The position numbers and the translations under genes were made by a program. Below are positions 1 to 12,031 of a stretch of 64,000 nt of DNA, piece by piece. The notes beneath the pieces were generated by a model. The model was not told where the DNA came from. It ran no database searches and saw only the letters and a list, made by a program, of their open reading frames with translations. The DNA lies in the NCBI RefSeq assembly GCF_032062105.1, contig NW_026933409.1, positions 372,001 through 436,000 of the forward strand. Reading direction: 5' to 3'. Position 1 is the first letter of the stretch. Each line of letters opens with the position of its first letter. This stretch comes from Saccostrea cucullata (taxonomy: Eukaryota).

Positions 1-1502
1 AGTACGTGATTCTGTGCTGAAGTGGGGGGAGTGACCTTAAAAAAAGTTTGAATTGTTACGTGGATTCGCCATCTTGTTATAAATAACCATATATTATGTA
101 GCCCTGGAAAATCCAAAACGGGATCGGGTACCTATATATATCGATAATTTTTCAATGTTCAATATTCATGTTCATTACTACGTATAGTCTGACACATCTG
201 TTTCATATAAGCTCATTTCATATGAAAAAAAAATAATGTAATCTAATAACAAAACTTTTCGATAAACGTGAATACTTACACTTTTTAATCGTCAACTTCC
301 TAGCTTACTTATGCAGCAATATAACCTATTTCATTTGATATGCAAAACCTTGCTCTGCGTGCGAAGTTTATAAAACAATTTCTTATATGAGGCAAGCTAT
401 TAACAGATTAACGTACAAGGAGATGAAGCAACATAAATTATCAGAAGTCATCATTTTGCAAGTTCTATGGTCGATACAGTATGATCTTGTCAGCCAAAAC
501 GTCTATGGCCATTAAGAGGAATTCTGACTGATGTTTTCATACATAATTGTTGTACCAGTTTTTCATTTGCCCTTTCATGACAACGAGCACGCAACAAGTG
601 TGTCAGATTGAAAGGGGATGCTTACTTATACTTCTCCATGGCATCTGATCCCACCTCTGATGTTTTAGAGTTATTTGTTTCTCCTATCCCAGAGTTATAT
701 TGTTTCGATGGATTTTTAAGTGTCCTTATCTCAATATTTAACGTGACATTAAATAAATTCTTTGAGAAAATACATTTAGGAAATAAATACCCTACACCTG
801 TATAATTTTGTATATTTTTCCCTACCATTGTTTCGTATCTTCCCAGGTACTCTAGTACACAGATTCACAAAATGTAAGGAAATATGCGGCCAGTTTATTG
901 TGTTTTGGGTTTTAATGTTGATTGGCGATTGAAATTGCCCATTACATTCATGCCAACATGACGTCACCAGATGCCACTGTGAAGGCCCTGAAAAGTTTGA
1001 GAAATAAATCCTGATTCTGTTTGGTAAGAATCAAATATTGTGTGTATACTTCATTTTGGCTTGTATTCACACATAGTTTACACCAGGGTCACAATTATAA
1101 GAATGGCGTGCATTTGTTAAAAACTGTGTTTCTTGGATCTAAGTCAGTACACCTCATAGTTAATTGTCTAAGCTTGAGTTAGTGTAATTCAAAAACTGAA
1201 AGACAGATATGTATAAAATGAAAGTCATTGCACAAAAACCTTATTTGGACACTTAGTTTTTGAAAAATTATTTTTTAAGAGTAAAAGATCTTTGGTGAAA
1301 TGCGGATATAATTAATTCGAACTTCATAAAAAAAATCTTTACCATGGCATCCAAAGCGATTGTAGCTGAAGTGAGCTGATTTACAATCCTCCTCAAAACA
1401 GAGACCGAAGGCTTGTCTGTCTCTTGAGTACAAAGAGGTCGCGGAGGCAGACGACCAAAGAGGCAACAGCAGACGACACACTAACCAGCAGAAAAGCACC
1501 AT
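1..1502 (-). CDS. Nacrein-like secreted alpha-carbonic anhydrase, 5' part: exons 1343-1502, 826-987 and 1-35 (gene continues beyond the window)
   Basis: GT-AG junctions in matching phase 1 give MVLFCWLVCRLLLPLWSSASATSLYSRDRQAFGLCFEEDCKSAHFSYNRFGCH|GPSQWHLVTSCWHECNGQFQSPINIKTQ...KIRNN|GHSPHF. This contains a signal peptide, the alpha-CA motifs FSY-GPxxW, QSPINI and NNGHS, and the extra-Cys N-terminus characteristic of nacrein. Confidence 0.88.
120..720 (+). mobile_element. Degraded Penelope-like element (Naiad-type) RT 3' end and 3' UTR, inside the CA intron
   Basis: Decayed match to the repeat recurring at 3239-3860 and elsewhere (KLYDKRDDF..IVNFP..CSNI coding remnant; ggggatgctt..ctccatggcatctgatcccacctctg tail). 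Confidence 0.7.
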
Positions 1503-2205
1503 TCCAACATTAGTAAGAACAATTTATCTTGCAATGGCCTCACTAGAAGACTAGAGGCAATGGACACTACCAGCTTGGAATTGACTTACGACACATGTTA
1601 CATTCATGTGTGCTGATCAGCCAAGGAAAGGAAAATATAGGAAAATCTGCATAAACACATGTTGTACAAAACACTTGTTTCTTCGTGCTTTAGATGACTG
1701 AAGGATTATACAAACCGTTTTTCTTTTATGATGAAGCTTTCATGTTGAATCAGTCATGTTTAAGGATTGTAACCTCTTGCCTAAATCAATGTCAATATGT
1801 TTAGGAAGGGAACTTCATAATGAAAAAAAAAAGACGAACAGGGATCAATCTCAAATGTAAATCCTCAAAACAATATGAATCGCCAACGTGACAAACACAC
1901 CAAAAGACAATAGAGGTGGGATCAGGTGTCTAAAATAAAAATAAAAATAAGCACCCCCTTTCGCCTGATAACCCCCCCCCCCCCCGTAAATCCTTTTTTC
2001 TTATATGGTGAAGTGATCAATTCTTAGACCATATAAAGTGTGTGTGTTAACATATAATCACATTTTTATCTTATTTTTGCTATTATAACAGTCGAAATGA
2101 CGAGGGGTCTAAGTCCATGATTCTGAACAAAAATCTCATTAACTCATACCGACGACGTATTTTCAATTAACAATTGGTAACTTCCATTCTTATGTCGATA
2201 CGATA

Positions 2206-2783
2206 CGAGGGCTGTTCAATAGGGAGAGATATGGAGATAACGTAGGGCATGCATTTGCGTATCGAATCAACTGAGATACTAGCATATATACTCCGTATGC
2301 AGGTGATGAAGGTATATTGCTGCATAAGTAAGGGAAGTTGACGATAGAAAAGTTAAAGTCATCACGTTTATCATATAGCTTGGTTGTTAGATTACCATAA
2401 CGTCTTTTTCAAGTAAAATATCCAAGTATGAAACAGATGTGTCAGACGCTGTGGTATCTTTTAAAGTTTTATCTCAAGCTCACCAGGATATATCGTATCG
2501 ACGTAGGAATGGAAATAACCATTGTTAATTGACAAATTGACATTGTGAAATTCAAACGGATAATGAAACTTGAATCCATTGCTTAAACCCTCGAAACACA
2601 TATATACGATAAAATGCACTCCACAAAAATAGCCAAGGTCTGAAAAGAGCAAAAATTGCAAAAGCCAAAAAAAAAAAAAAAAATCTTTCATATGCCATTT
2701 TCTTTCATATTAGTGGTTTTGTTCAAATTCTTATTCGGGAAGGCAGATCAATTTCTGGAGAAGTATAGAAAGCAAACTTCTAA

Positions 2784-2816
<33 letters not shown>

Positions 2817-3238
2817 TTTTTGAGAGGATGGAACCAGAATCAGAAATCCACTACACTGAATTTCTTCATGACAGCGTCCAAACCCACACGCCATGAAGAA
2901 TAAACGAGTTTTGGGGATAAACAGATAGTTAATGTTTTGTCACACCAACAATAGTTCACCCTTTGACTTGTTTCATTTTCCAAACTTGAAAAAAAACACC
3001 TTTCAGAAGGAAGAAATAAGTCCAGGAAACCTGTAGGATCTGTCATATTTCAGTATACGAAGAGCCATACTCAAAAATGTGTTCTAAAACTATCAGAAAT
3101 TGGATAAAAATGTTACGGGCATGTGTTTTATTTAAAAGAGAATATTTGAATGGAATCATTAAGACTTGCATGTAATCATTGAAAAGCGTTTTTGTTCCTT
3201 TCCAAACACATAGGACATTATTTATTCAACAGCCCTCG
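2206..3238. mobile_element. Non-autonomous Tc1/mariner element inserted into a Penelope-like copy
   Basis: TIRs cgagggctgttcaata / tattcaacagccctcg with TA on both sides (2204-2205, 3239-3240). It splits the PLE peptide FHSYVDTI|YPGELEIK and contains an inverted PLE fragment at about 2240-2540. Confidence 0.8.
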
Positions 3239-3860
3239 TAGATCCCGGTGAGCTTGAGATAAAAGATACCACAGAATCGGACACATCTTTTTTCATATTT
3301 GGACATTTTACTTGAAAAAAAGCTAAAGATGTTAAATGTAATCTAACAACCAAGCTCTATGATAAACGTGATGACTTTAACTTTACAATCGTCAACTTCC
3401 CTTACTTGTGCAGCAATACACTTTCATCACCTGCATACGGAGTTTATATATCTCCGTTGACTCGATACGCAAGAGCATGCTCTACGTATGAACAATTTCT
3501 AAAATGAGGTAAATTATTGACAACAAAGTTGATGAAACAAGAATATCACCAGTCTCGTTTAGAGTCATCATTTGGTAAGTTCTATGGTCGATACAATGAC
3601 CTTGTCAGCAAATACAATTTATCATTGAGTCAAATGCTGACTGACGCTTTTCATTGACGACAGATTTTTCCGTTATTTCCCGATCATGACAAGGAACACA
3701 CGGCGGGTGTGACCGGTCAGCAGGGGATGCTCACTTCTCCATGGCACCTGACACTACCTCTGATGTTTCAGAGGTCAGTGTTTGCTCTGCTCCTATTTTG
3801 TATTGTTTTATGGACCTTTGGTCTTGGATGCTGTTTGTTATCTCCATATGTTTCAAATGA
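3239..3860 (+). mobile_element. Penelope-like (Naiad-type, C-terminal RT) element, 3' fragment
   Basis: Translates with frameshifts to PGELEIKDTTESDTS..YLDILLEK..NLTTKLYDKRDDFNFTIVNFPYLCSN..SPAYGVYIS.L.RYARACSTYEQFL..KFYGRYNDLVSKYNLSLSQMLTD. This is the PLE RT thumb, ending without a C-terminal GIY-YIG and followed by the conserved 3' UTR. Confidence 0.8.
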
Positions 3861-4079
3861 ATTTAACTCAAGAATTGCAATTATAAGAAGAAAAAAAAAG
3901 AAGAAAGATGAGCACTGAGATCTGTATAATAAATTATGTGTAAAGCAGGTCTCAAAGTAGATTCAGTTAGTTCCTTTCTGTGTTCTATAATGTAACATTA
4001 CACATTCACGTATAGTTTTGCGCAACTTTGAACCTATTTATTTTCTCTCCCTTTTTAACGCTCATAAGTATATTATTAG

Positions 4080-4230
4080 AGAGTGACCGGTCGGCTGGAG
4101 ATGCTCACTCCTCCATGGCACCTGATCCAACCTCTGTTGTTCTATAGAGGTCCATGTTTGCTCTTCTCTTTTGTTATGTTTAATGGACTTTTGAGCTAGA
4201 ATTCTGTTCCTTATCTCCAAATTTTTCATG
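4080..4230 (+). mobile_element. Isolated PLE 3' UTR/pseudo-LTR fragment
   Basis: gtgaccggtcggctggagatgctcactcctccatggcacctgatccaacctctg..agaggtccatgtttgc, matching the other copies. Confidence 0.7.
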
Positions 4231-4725
4231 TACGTCTAAATAAGCACATAAATGTACGGGATAATTCACTTCTTAAGAAAGCAATGGTTTTACTCAACTC
4301 TTGTGATCATGAATTAGGAAACTGAGTAGTAGATTTTGAGTATTAAATAACCTTAAAGTTAATATAGAAAAGATTTTATAAATTAATATATATTATGTAA
4401 AAATTTGCTCATTGTGTATATGCTGCATACAATTCAGAACTGCAATTTTTAACAGTTTAATTAACAGACTTCATTAGAATAAACTTTCATTGAAATATCT
4501 TAGTAACTTCAAAAAAACATTCGTTAATTCATCACATGACTTTTTTTATTGAACATATATGAACAATACATTAAAATACGTATAAATAAACTGAGAAAGG
4601 CTTTTTTTAACAAAACAAATATAATTTAAATAAAATACATAAATGTGAGCAATAATAAAAGTCAGAAATACTGAATGGTTCTGATATAAATTCTCCATTG
4701 CTATAATGGAGAGGAAGTGAGGACT

Positions 4726-7700
4726 TTAATTGGCACCATACCGGTAGAATCCCTTGTATTTGGGGGACACGTTCAGACCCATCTTTCTGGCGACGTCTCC
4801 TCCCTGGTAAGACGGGGAAGCGGGCTGGACAGGGGGGTCTGAAAATCAGGACAAGTCATGTTAATATGGTACCTCTAGACAAAGTATGCATATAATCTGT
4901 CATCATTTGAACGTATTTTTTTCATTTAATTTTTACTCTCAATTATAATACTTAGTTTGATTTTTTTTAATTAGATGTAGGAAATTTTTGCAAATTTACA
5001 GAAGAAAAAGACACTTGAAATAACAAAACTCTACAATCTAGCAAACTATTACAAGAATAAAATGAATAGATATATTTTATAACTGATATAACATAAATGT
5101 GCATATGTTTAAATACGTAAGCAACTGCAAGCTGTGTCATTAGTCCACCATCTAATTCGTTGCTGTGTTTTTTAATCATGCAGTTGAATGTAAATAAATA
5201 GAAATACTAGTACATAGAAGACGCATGCTATTACGGAGCTTTTTATTACTTCTAAACATCCATCAACTGAATAAGAAAACTTTTTGCATACACCAAATGG
5301 ACGTATCTATTCGATGAAGTGAGTCAAATGTTTAGTTAAATCCATGTATATACTTAATTCTCATTCCTGTATTCTACACTGGACATGAAAAATATGATCT
5401 AAAAAAGATATGTAATTTTGAGGGGCTAACGATATTTTAAAGAAATGAAAATATCAATATTTTGATAAAAAGTAAAAAATATATATACAGTGTATATATA
5501 TATATGTTTAATAGTAATAAAAAAATTAAAGAAAATTTCCAGTCATCCAATCTGGATTAATCAAAATACATGTAGCTCATAGTAAGCACGAAAAAGACGT
5601 TTTTTGCCATGCAAATGGATTAGTTTTACTGTGAATTTAGATATAAAAGTGTATCATTTTTCAATACATTTAAGTATAGAAATCTGAGTAAGTTTTAATT
5701 CTAAGACAACGTTTTGAGAGACACGTGATTAAAACGACACAGACTAGCGCATGCGTCTAGACTTACAAGGCGACTCACAAGTGGATGTACCTAATGGTAC
5801 GAAGGGGTCAAAATAGGCACGGGTAGGAGAGAAGGCAAGGCGCCTGCCGGGCCCCTCGGGACGGTAGGGATCTTAAAGAAAAAGAGAGCCATCAGAACAG
5901 ACAGACAGACTTACAGTTGACGGACTCGCCCACCGGCTTGGTCTCGGGGGATACTTTATTTTTAATGTGTGGCATCATCGGTACTTGTGATGTCAATGCC
6001 TGGTTGAAATTTTCTGAATCGTAAACACTAATCAGACCTGAAGTACATTGATTAGATAAATATTAATTACAATATTGGAAAAAATGAAAAACTGCGTGAA
6101 GGCCACACGCTACTGAAATGAATATTTTCTGTAACAATTTAAAGCATATATATAAATTAATTGTAGCATATTGACTTTATATATTAAAACTTAAAAGTTA
6201 AAAGAAGCATAAAATTGATTTAAAAACAAAATTACTGGAATAATTTTGTTATTTATAATTAACATTTACCGTCCACGTAGACAACACGACTTCCGCCGTG
6301 ACCCAGGACTTCCTTTATGTGTCTCCAGCTCCCACCTATCCTTCCCTGTCTTTGTCTGGGGGTAAACAAATAGGCTTTACATCAAACATTGAAACTGGAC
6401 GAAAAAATCAAAGCAAGCATTTACATGATTTATAAAGTTACCTTGGATTTCCAGGATTTGGGTATCTGTAGGCGATTTTGTTTGTTAAATTACTGAAGGC
6501 TTTCTTGAACTGTAAGTCATGTTCCTTTTGTTCGCTCTAGAATGAATGTTTTAAATAAAATAATATTATAAAGGGTTTGATAGTAAAAAGAATCTGTGAT
6601 TGGCAAAAAATCAGGGAAAAAACTTACACGTGTGAACCACACACCTTCACCGCCCTCTAAACCTGGTCGGGACGCATACCAAAGCATTTTGTAGGTAAAT
6701 TTCTTAATCAATGACGTCACAATTGCTTAGGGTCACTGGATATTTTACTATGACGTCACAGACGACAATCTATCTTGTTTAGGCTTTGTATAATTTTTAT
6801 AAATATACTTTACATTTTTATATCCTTTACCCACAGGCACTTGACAATAGTTTTTTTTTTAAATAAAAAAATATATACCCCCTATCTAATAATTCACCGT
6901 GAATTATGAGGCACGGGTATTTTTTTATCAAAAGAAAAATAAGTAACGTCAGGTGCCTGTTCTCTGTTTTTAAGGGAGATAAGTGACAGACTGACCTTTT
7001 TTAGATTATGCCAGTTATTATCTGACATTGTGACAGGAACGCCATTCCTGGAAACTTTCATCCAATCGTTCATGTTTCCATATGTTGTCCTAACAACGAA
7101 CAAAAGAACAACAATCAATGCTTGAATAAGGCGTACAGGTTACAGTTAAAAAGGGTATAAACTATGCATTTTAATGATTCACTTGCACATGAAAAGATCG
7201 TACCTTTACTATATTGAAGCAAAAATTAACTAGCTCTGTTATGTTAAACAATCACTATTATTTTATTTTAGTGTAAAATTTTAATAACTGGAATTTAAGT
7301 GCTAATTCATTTGTGCGTATATCAGGTGGAAATTAAAATCACTCTAATTTCATCAACTTTATCTTGCATGCATATATCATTCACTTGTAATTTTGACAAC
7401 CATCGCAAAAATCAAAATAGAAGTAATTAACTAAATTACTAACTATAAAATAAAGCAGTAAACTGTATTCTCTGAAATTGTCTTTAACTGAAATTCTACT
7501 AGAACTGAACAATGAACCTGATCACGATTACAGTCAGATTAAATTAATTTATAGAAATTGATAAATACTTTCAATCAAATCCACATGGGATTGTTTTTAA
7601 AATCTCTGTATACAATGCATGCCAACTACTTTTTGAGAAATCTTTAAAGAGCGGTTACAAAGAAGTAGTTTGGTTTTAAAGCCGTCGATTTGTTTAGCTC

Positions 7701-9692
7701 CTATAGGGTGTTTGTCCATTTCGAATTTTATTTTCCCTTCCTAATAAAAGTCAATAAACATGATAAATGTAATTCAATGTTTTCCATCCTTGGCAATAAG
7801 AATAGATTACTTTGCTATAGAAATTACTTGTATTTAAAACCAAAGTTTTTAATGGCGAGTAAAGACAGATCGATGGGTTAGAAATCGGATTGAAAGTGCA
7901 TTTATGATGAGGTCAAATTTCCCCTAAAAGAATAAACACCTTAAAATTTTTCACTCAAGTTTCAAAATCTTTGGTCTATATAACCAAATAAAAAAGGCAT
8001 AAAGGAGTTGCTCATGACTTATCTTAAATATCAATCTAAAAGCAAGATTCAATATCTCAGTTTCATATATTAAAAATCTATCTACTAAAGAAGTATACAA
8101 ATTGCTCAATAAAAACATGGACGAATTACGGTTTCAACGCCCTTGTATACGATATTTTGCAATATGTGCAAGAGTAAATTATTAAATTCACTGAAACGAT
8201 ATTAAAGTGCACTGAAAGCGATAATAACTCTCATGACTAGCAAAAATTCATTCAAATATCACCTCTCTCTGCGAACGCCCGGGGGTTCAAAGTCACTCCA
8301 TAAGTACGCGGGGGTGAAGCTCTGGGCGGAGGCCGGTCTGGGTGGGGCCACGACCGTGGGGGTGGGTTCGCAGTACGTGGGTTGATCGCCGTACATGGTC
8401 CAGACACAAGTGGTGTTGTGTTGTTAGAAGTTTTACTCCTACACCTAACACTAAATCGTTCCCCCGCGTCAAGTGAATCGCTCGACACACGTTAATCCCA
8501 AAGGTGATTATATTTTGTATCCTTTAAATGTCTTTTGTTAGAAAAAAATATCCCCGTCTACCGAACTTCTACATAGACTGTATATGTATATATTTAAATA
8601 TTGGGTAAATATTTTCTTATCTTAGATGAATTACACTGTTTGAGATTCGATAACAACGATACCCCTTGCATGGCCCCGAAAGATTAAATCCCCTACAAAC
8701 CATTTTGTGTGTGCTTAACGACTGTTTTATGGGTATATATACCTGCAATGTGTATTGTTAACTAATCAATACCTATTAATGAATAATGCACGTCCCTTAG
8801 AGCTCCATAATTTAACGCAATAATTCATACTTTCAAAGTCATGTTTGTCGGAAAGGCCTCAAGATAAGACCACTAACATTTAATACCATAAAAAATATAC
8901 TAGTAAAAGACAAAAGCCATACAATCTAAATTCCAACAAGCTTTTTTTTCTTTTTCTACAAAACATTGAAAGATGGACTGCGGGCACCTTTTCGCGATAT
9001 TTAGATTTTTCAATTTTTTTTCTCGGAAAAAATCAAGAAAAAACAAAAACTGTAGCAATTTTTCAGGCAATCAGTTTATAATATTTGATTTTCCAAGTTT
9101 TTGTATAGTAATACAAATGAAGATTTAAATTTTCAAAGTTGGACAATTCTTTTTCTTTGCCAAGAATGGAAACACACGAAACAAGTGCGAAGGAAAAACA
9201 AGTAGAAGTGAGCGCTCGTATTAAGCGTAAAAAGAAAGGTATATATAGTGACTGGCTAAATAAATAAACTATGTTGCAAGGGCTATTCTACTCCACACTG
9301 AAATAGTGATAAATTCAGAATCAACTACAATCATCTTGGAAAAAAAAGTGCTTTTATGTATAAGGTAATATCTAATGACAATACGTACTCATAGCCCCCA
9401 ATACTGAAATAAAGTGACAAATCTTTGAATTTTCTTAGTTTTCTATTGTAAATCTGCCATATAATTTGGGAAAAAATACAAGAAAGTAAACTTTTAATAT
9501 TATATATTATGACTAGTATTTCCTTATAATTTTACAAGAATGGAAAGAAAGGCTAGGCTGCTGTTAGATAAAACATACAGAAAACAATATAACTGAATCC
9601 TGACAGTCTTACTTGTGTCGACTTAGCGGGCGATACCTCCGGAGAATCGTCTCACTGGTAAAGTCAGGGTTGGGTTGGGGTGCCAGCGCCAT
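4726..9692 (-). CDS. Putative multi-exon gene of unknown function (candidate exons about 9613-9692, 8263-8444, 6996-7089, 6628-6702, 6442-6465, 6270-6355, 5767-5871, 4726-4838)
   Basis: GC-rich islands in AT-rich DNA, each bounded on the minus strand by AG and GT signals, with open peptides such as MALAPQPNPDFTSETILRRYRPLSRHK, TTYGNMNDWMKVSRNGVPVTMSDNNWHNLKK and GGSWRHIKEVLGHGGSRVVYVD. Phases could not be fully reconciled. Confidence 0.4.
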
Positions 9693-11189
9693 GTCTGTCG
9701 AACCAACGATCCCACAATGTGCAGAGGAACTCTCATTAATAGCAAACGATACACAAAGAATTACATTCCATAATAGGCTTAGATTAATAAACCAATGACC
9801 CTTTCCGAGTGCGGATGTCTCTCGCTCCAATGAGCTTTCATCAGGGGGTGTACTAATTTGGAGTTGCAGTCTCCGCCCCGCCCCCTTACATAGACGATAC
9901 AGAATGTCAGAGAGGGGTTAGGACGTCTACAGGGTCATCAGCGTGATCTCTATCGAACACTGCAGTGAAGATGAAGACTATTGTGTCCGCGGTGAATTAA
10001 ATCAGCTCAGGCATTGTATGTATTATATATTAAGGGTACTTATAAGACAATACCCCCCTCAGAACTCTGACATGCTGTTGACGGGGATATTTAAACACTG
10101 CATCAACTAAAGCCGCATTATAACACTTTGGCATTCTCATAAAGATTTGATTTTTGTCATTGACGTAGACACATAATTATTACATGAATGAAATAAGATA
10201 TATACCGTTGACATCTGTAACACCTTCGTTTTAAGGGGCTGGTGTTGGCTCCCTTCTGTTTTAAAATGATGACTAGCTGCAGAAAATAACAATAAAGAGA
10301 CAATTCTACGCCGCGTTGAATCAATCAGGTTTGTTAAGCTCTCCTGTGATGATTTTGACCAAAAAGGACCTTTCTATTATTCATATTTACTTCATTGTTA
10401 CTTGTAGAGCTAATAATTTTTTTCATAACCAAGATGAAGTAAAGCCGTCTAAAACACCCAGGGTTGATTGTCTTCTAATGTACAAGCATTGAAATCAGCG
10501 GACTAACTGAGAGAATGGGAAACATTTGGGACTCACGTTCTAATATGAGTATCAATAGAATCCGAAGGCCAATTAAAAATTCCGAATTGTCACTTTTTTT
10601 TACAGTTTAAGGATACATTTGTTTGTTTAATCTAGCTTTCACATTTTCAAGATTTTTTTTCGTGGAAAATCTTTTGCACAAAACTCTAGCGGGATCACGC
10701 AGAAATATGTAGTATATTTATTATACACTACAAATCGAATCAGCATTTTATTGCACCATAAAATTATACTCCGCAAAATAAAAATTATCTGATTATATTT
10801 TTATACCTAAAGATTGTTTACACAAACTCCAAAAATGTAAACAAATATTATGTATTAGATTATTTTCCTTAAGAACTCTAGTCTACTAAAAAGGTTAGGA
10901 AAAGGTTAAGTATAAATTACATTTGCATTTATATAATAATTTTATAATCTAGCTACAACCCTCGTACCCAGTTAGAAATGTTTGTTTTGTAATTTTGCGA
11001 CTATGCAGAGTTTTTATAAGATAACTCTCAAGTGGGTTCACTAGGCTGGACAATGGAGTCATTTTACAATTTTAAGGATACATTGTACATGTCTATGCAG
11101 TTTTATCAATTTGATGTATCTAACACAGTCACCACAGAGTCTAACATAGCTGTATTTACTACTGAAAGGCAGTGATCACAAACTAAAAA

Positions 11190-11321
11190 CCAAACTTTAT
11201 GATAAGCTGATGTACTTATCTTCAAATATCCCCTTTTACATGTATATGTAAAAATATACTTTTATCACCTGCGTAGGAAGTTTACGTTTCTCTGTTGATT
11301 TGATTCATAAAGCATGAATAG
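11190..11321 (+). mobile_element. PLE fragment interrupted by the Gypsy insertion (continues at 18612-18910)
   Basis: The left flank (aaactttatgataag..atcacctgcgtagg) and right flank (tttctaatacgaggtag..gggtgtgaccgatcaacaggggatgcttactcct) are contiguous parts of the same PLE consensus. Confidence 0.65.
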
Positions 11322-11945
11322 TGTGACAGATCGGGCTCGGGATGCTAGATGAATTACGTCACCCGGACTTTATCGTAGTGCGCTACGATAGCGGCCGAGG
11401 GTAGTCCGGGTGATCATCACTATATATAAGAGCGTTCTGCTGAAAGCTGGCAGTTGCCAGTTGGAGCTCACAAGTTACGGTCGGCAAAAGCGTAATTGCA
11501 AGGTACGGGATTTTAAAGGATTTAATACAGTATACGGTGGCTAGTATACTGGGTCTAAAGTATTATAGTATTTTGAGGGAATAAAGCGATAATTTACCTC
11601 ATTATAATTATTTCATCTGTCTGGGTATAAGACAGAAACCTGAAACGTACATGTCAACGACCTATCCGAGTCCCGGATCGGATACATACCTGTCCTGATA
11701 CTGGTACAGATACATCCAGGACACAGACCAGATACATGCCCATTAATTGTTGTTTATGTTAAGGATAGGAAATCCTTATAATATATGTATATATTGACTC
11801 GTTGTTTTTCATATATGCTTTGTCATTTATCATTTCAAATCATTTGTCTAATTAGTGATCTATCTCTTGTTTACATAATCATTTGTTTAATTCATTTGGT
11901 TGATTAAGGATCTATACTCAAATTCACGGACCCATACACGTTACA
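11322..11945 (+). repeat. 5' LTR (624 bp)
   Basis: tgtgacaga...cgttaca, a direct repeat of 17987-18611. TATA-like tatatataag at 11421 and AATAAA at 11580. Confidence 0.97.
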
Positions 11946-11950
11946 AAAAT

Positions 11951-11969
11951 TGGCGGCAGCGTCGGGATT
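11951..11969 (+). promoter_or_regulatory. Primer-binding site, tRNA-Leu-like
   Basis: TGGCGGCAGCGTCGGGATT lies 5 nt after the LTR and resembles the complement of the tRNA-Leu(AAG/TAG) 3' end (TGGTGGCAGCGGTGGGATT), with mismatches. Confidence 0.65.
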
Positions 11970-12031
11970 TGGGTTGGATCCGATTTGTTAATCATATTTT
12001 ATGATATTTGTTAATTTGCTTTGTTTTCACG

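Noticed and set aside
3709-3918. Short ORFs such as MTGQQGMLTSPWHL (also 608-805, 43695-43946, 49275-49517)
   Set aside because: Translations of the non-coding PLE 3' UTR repeat.
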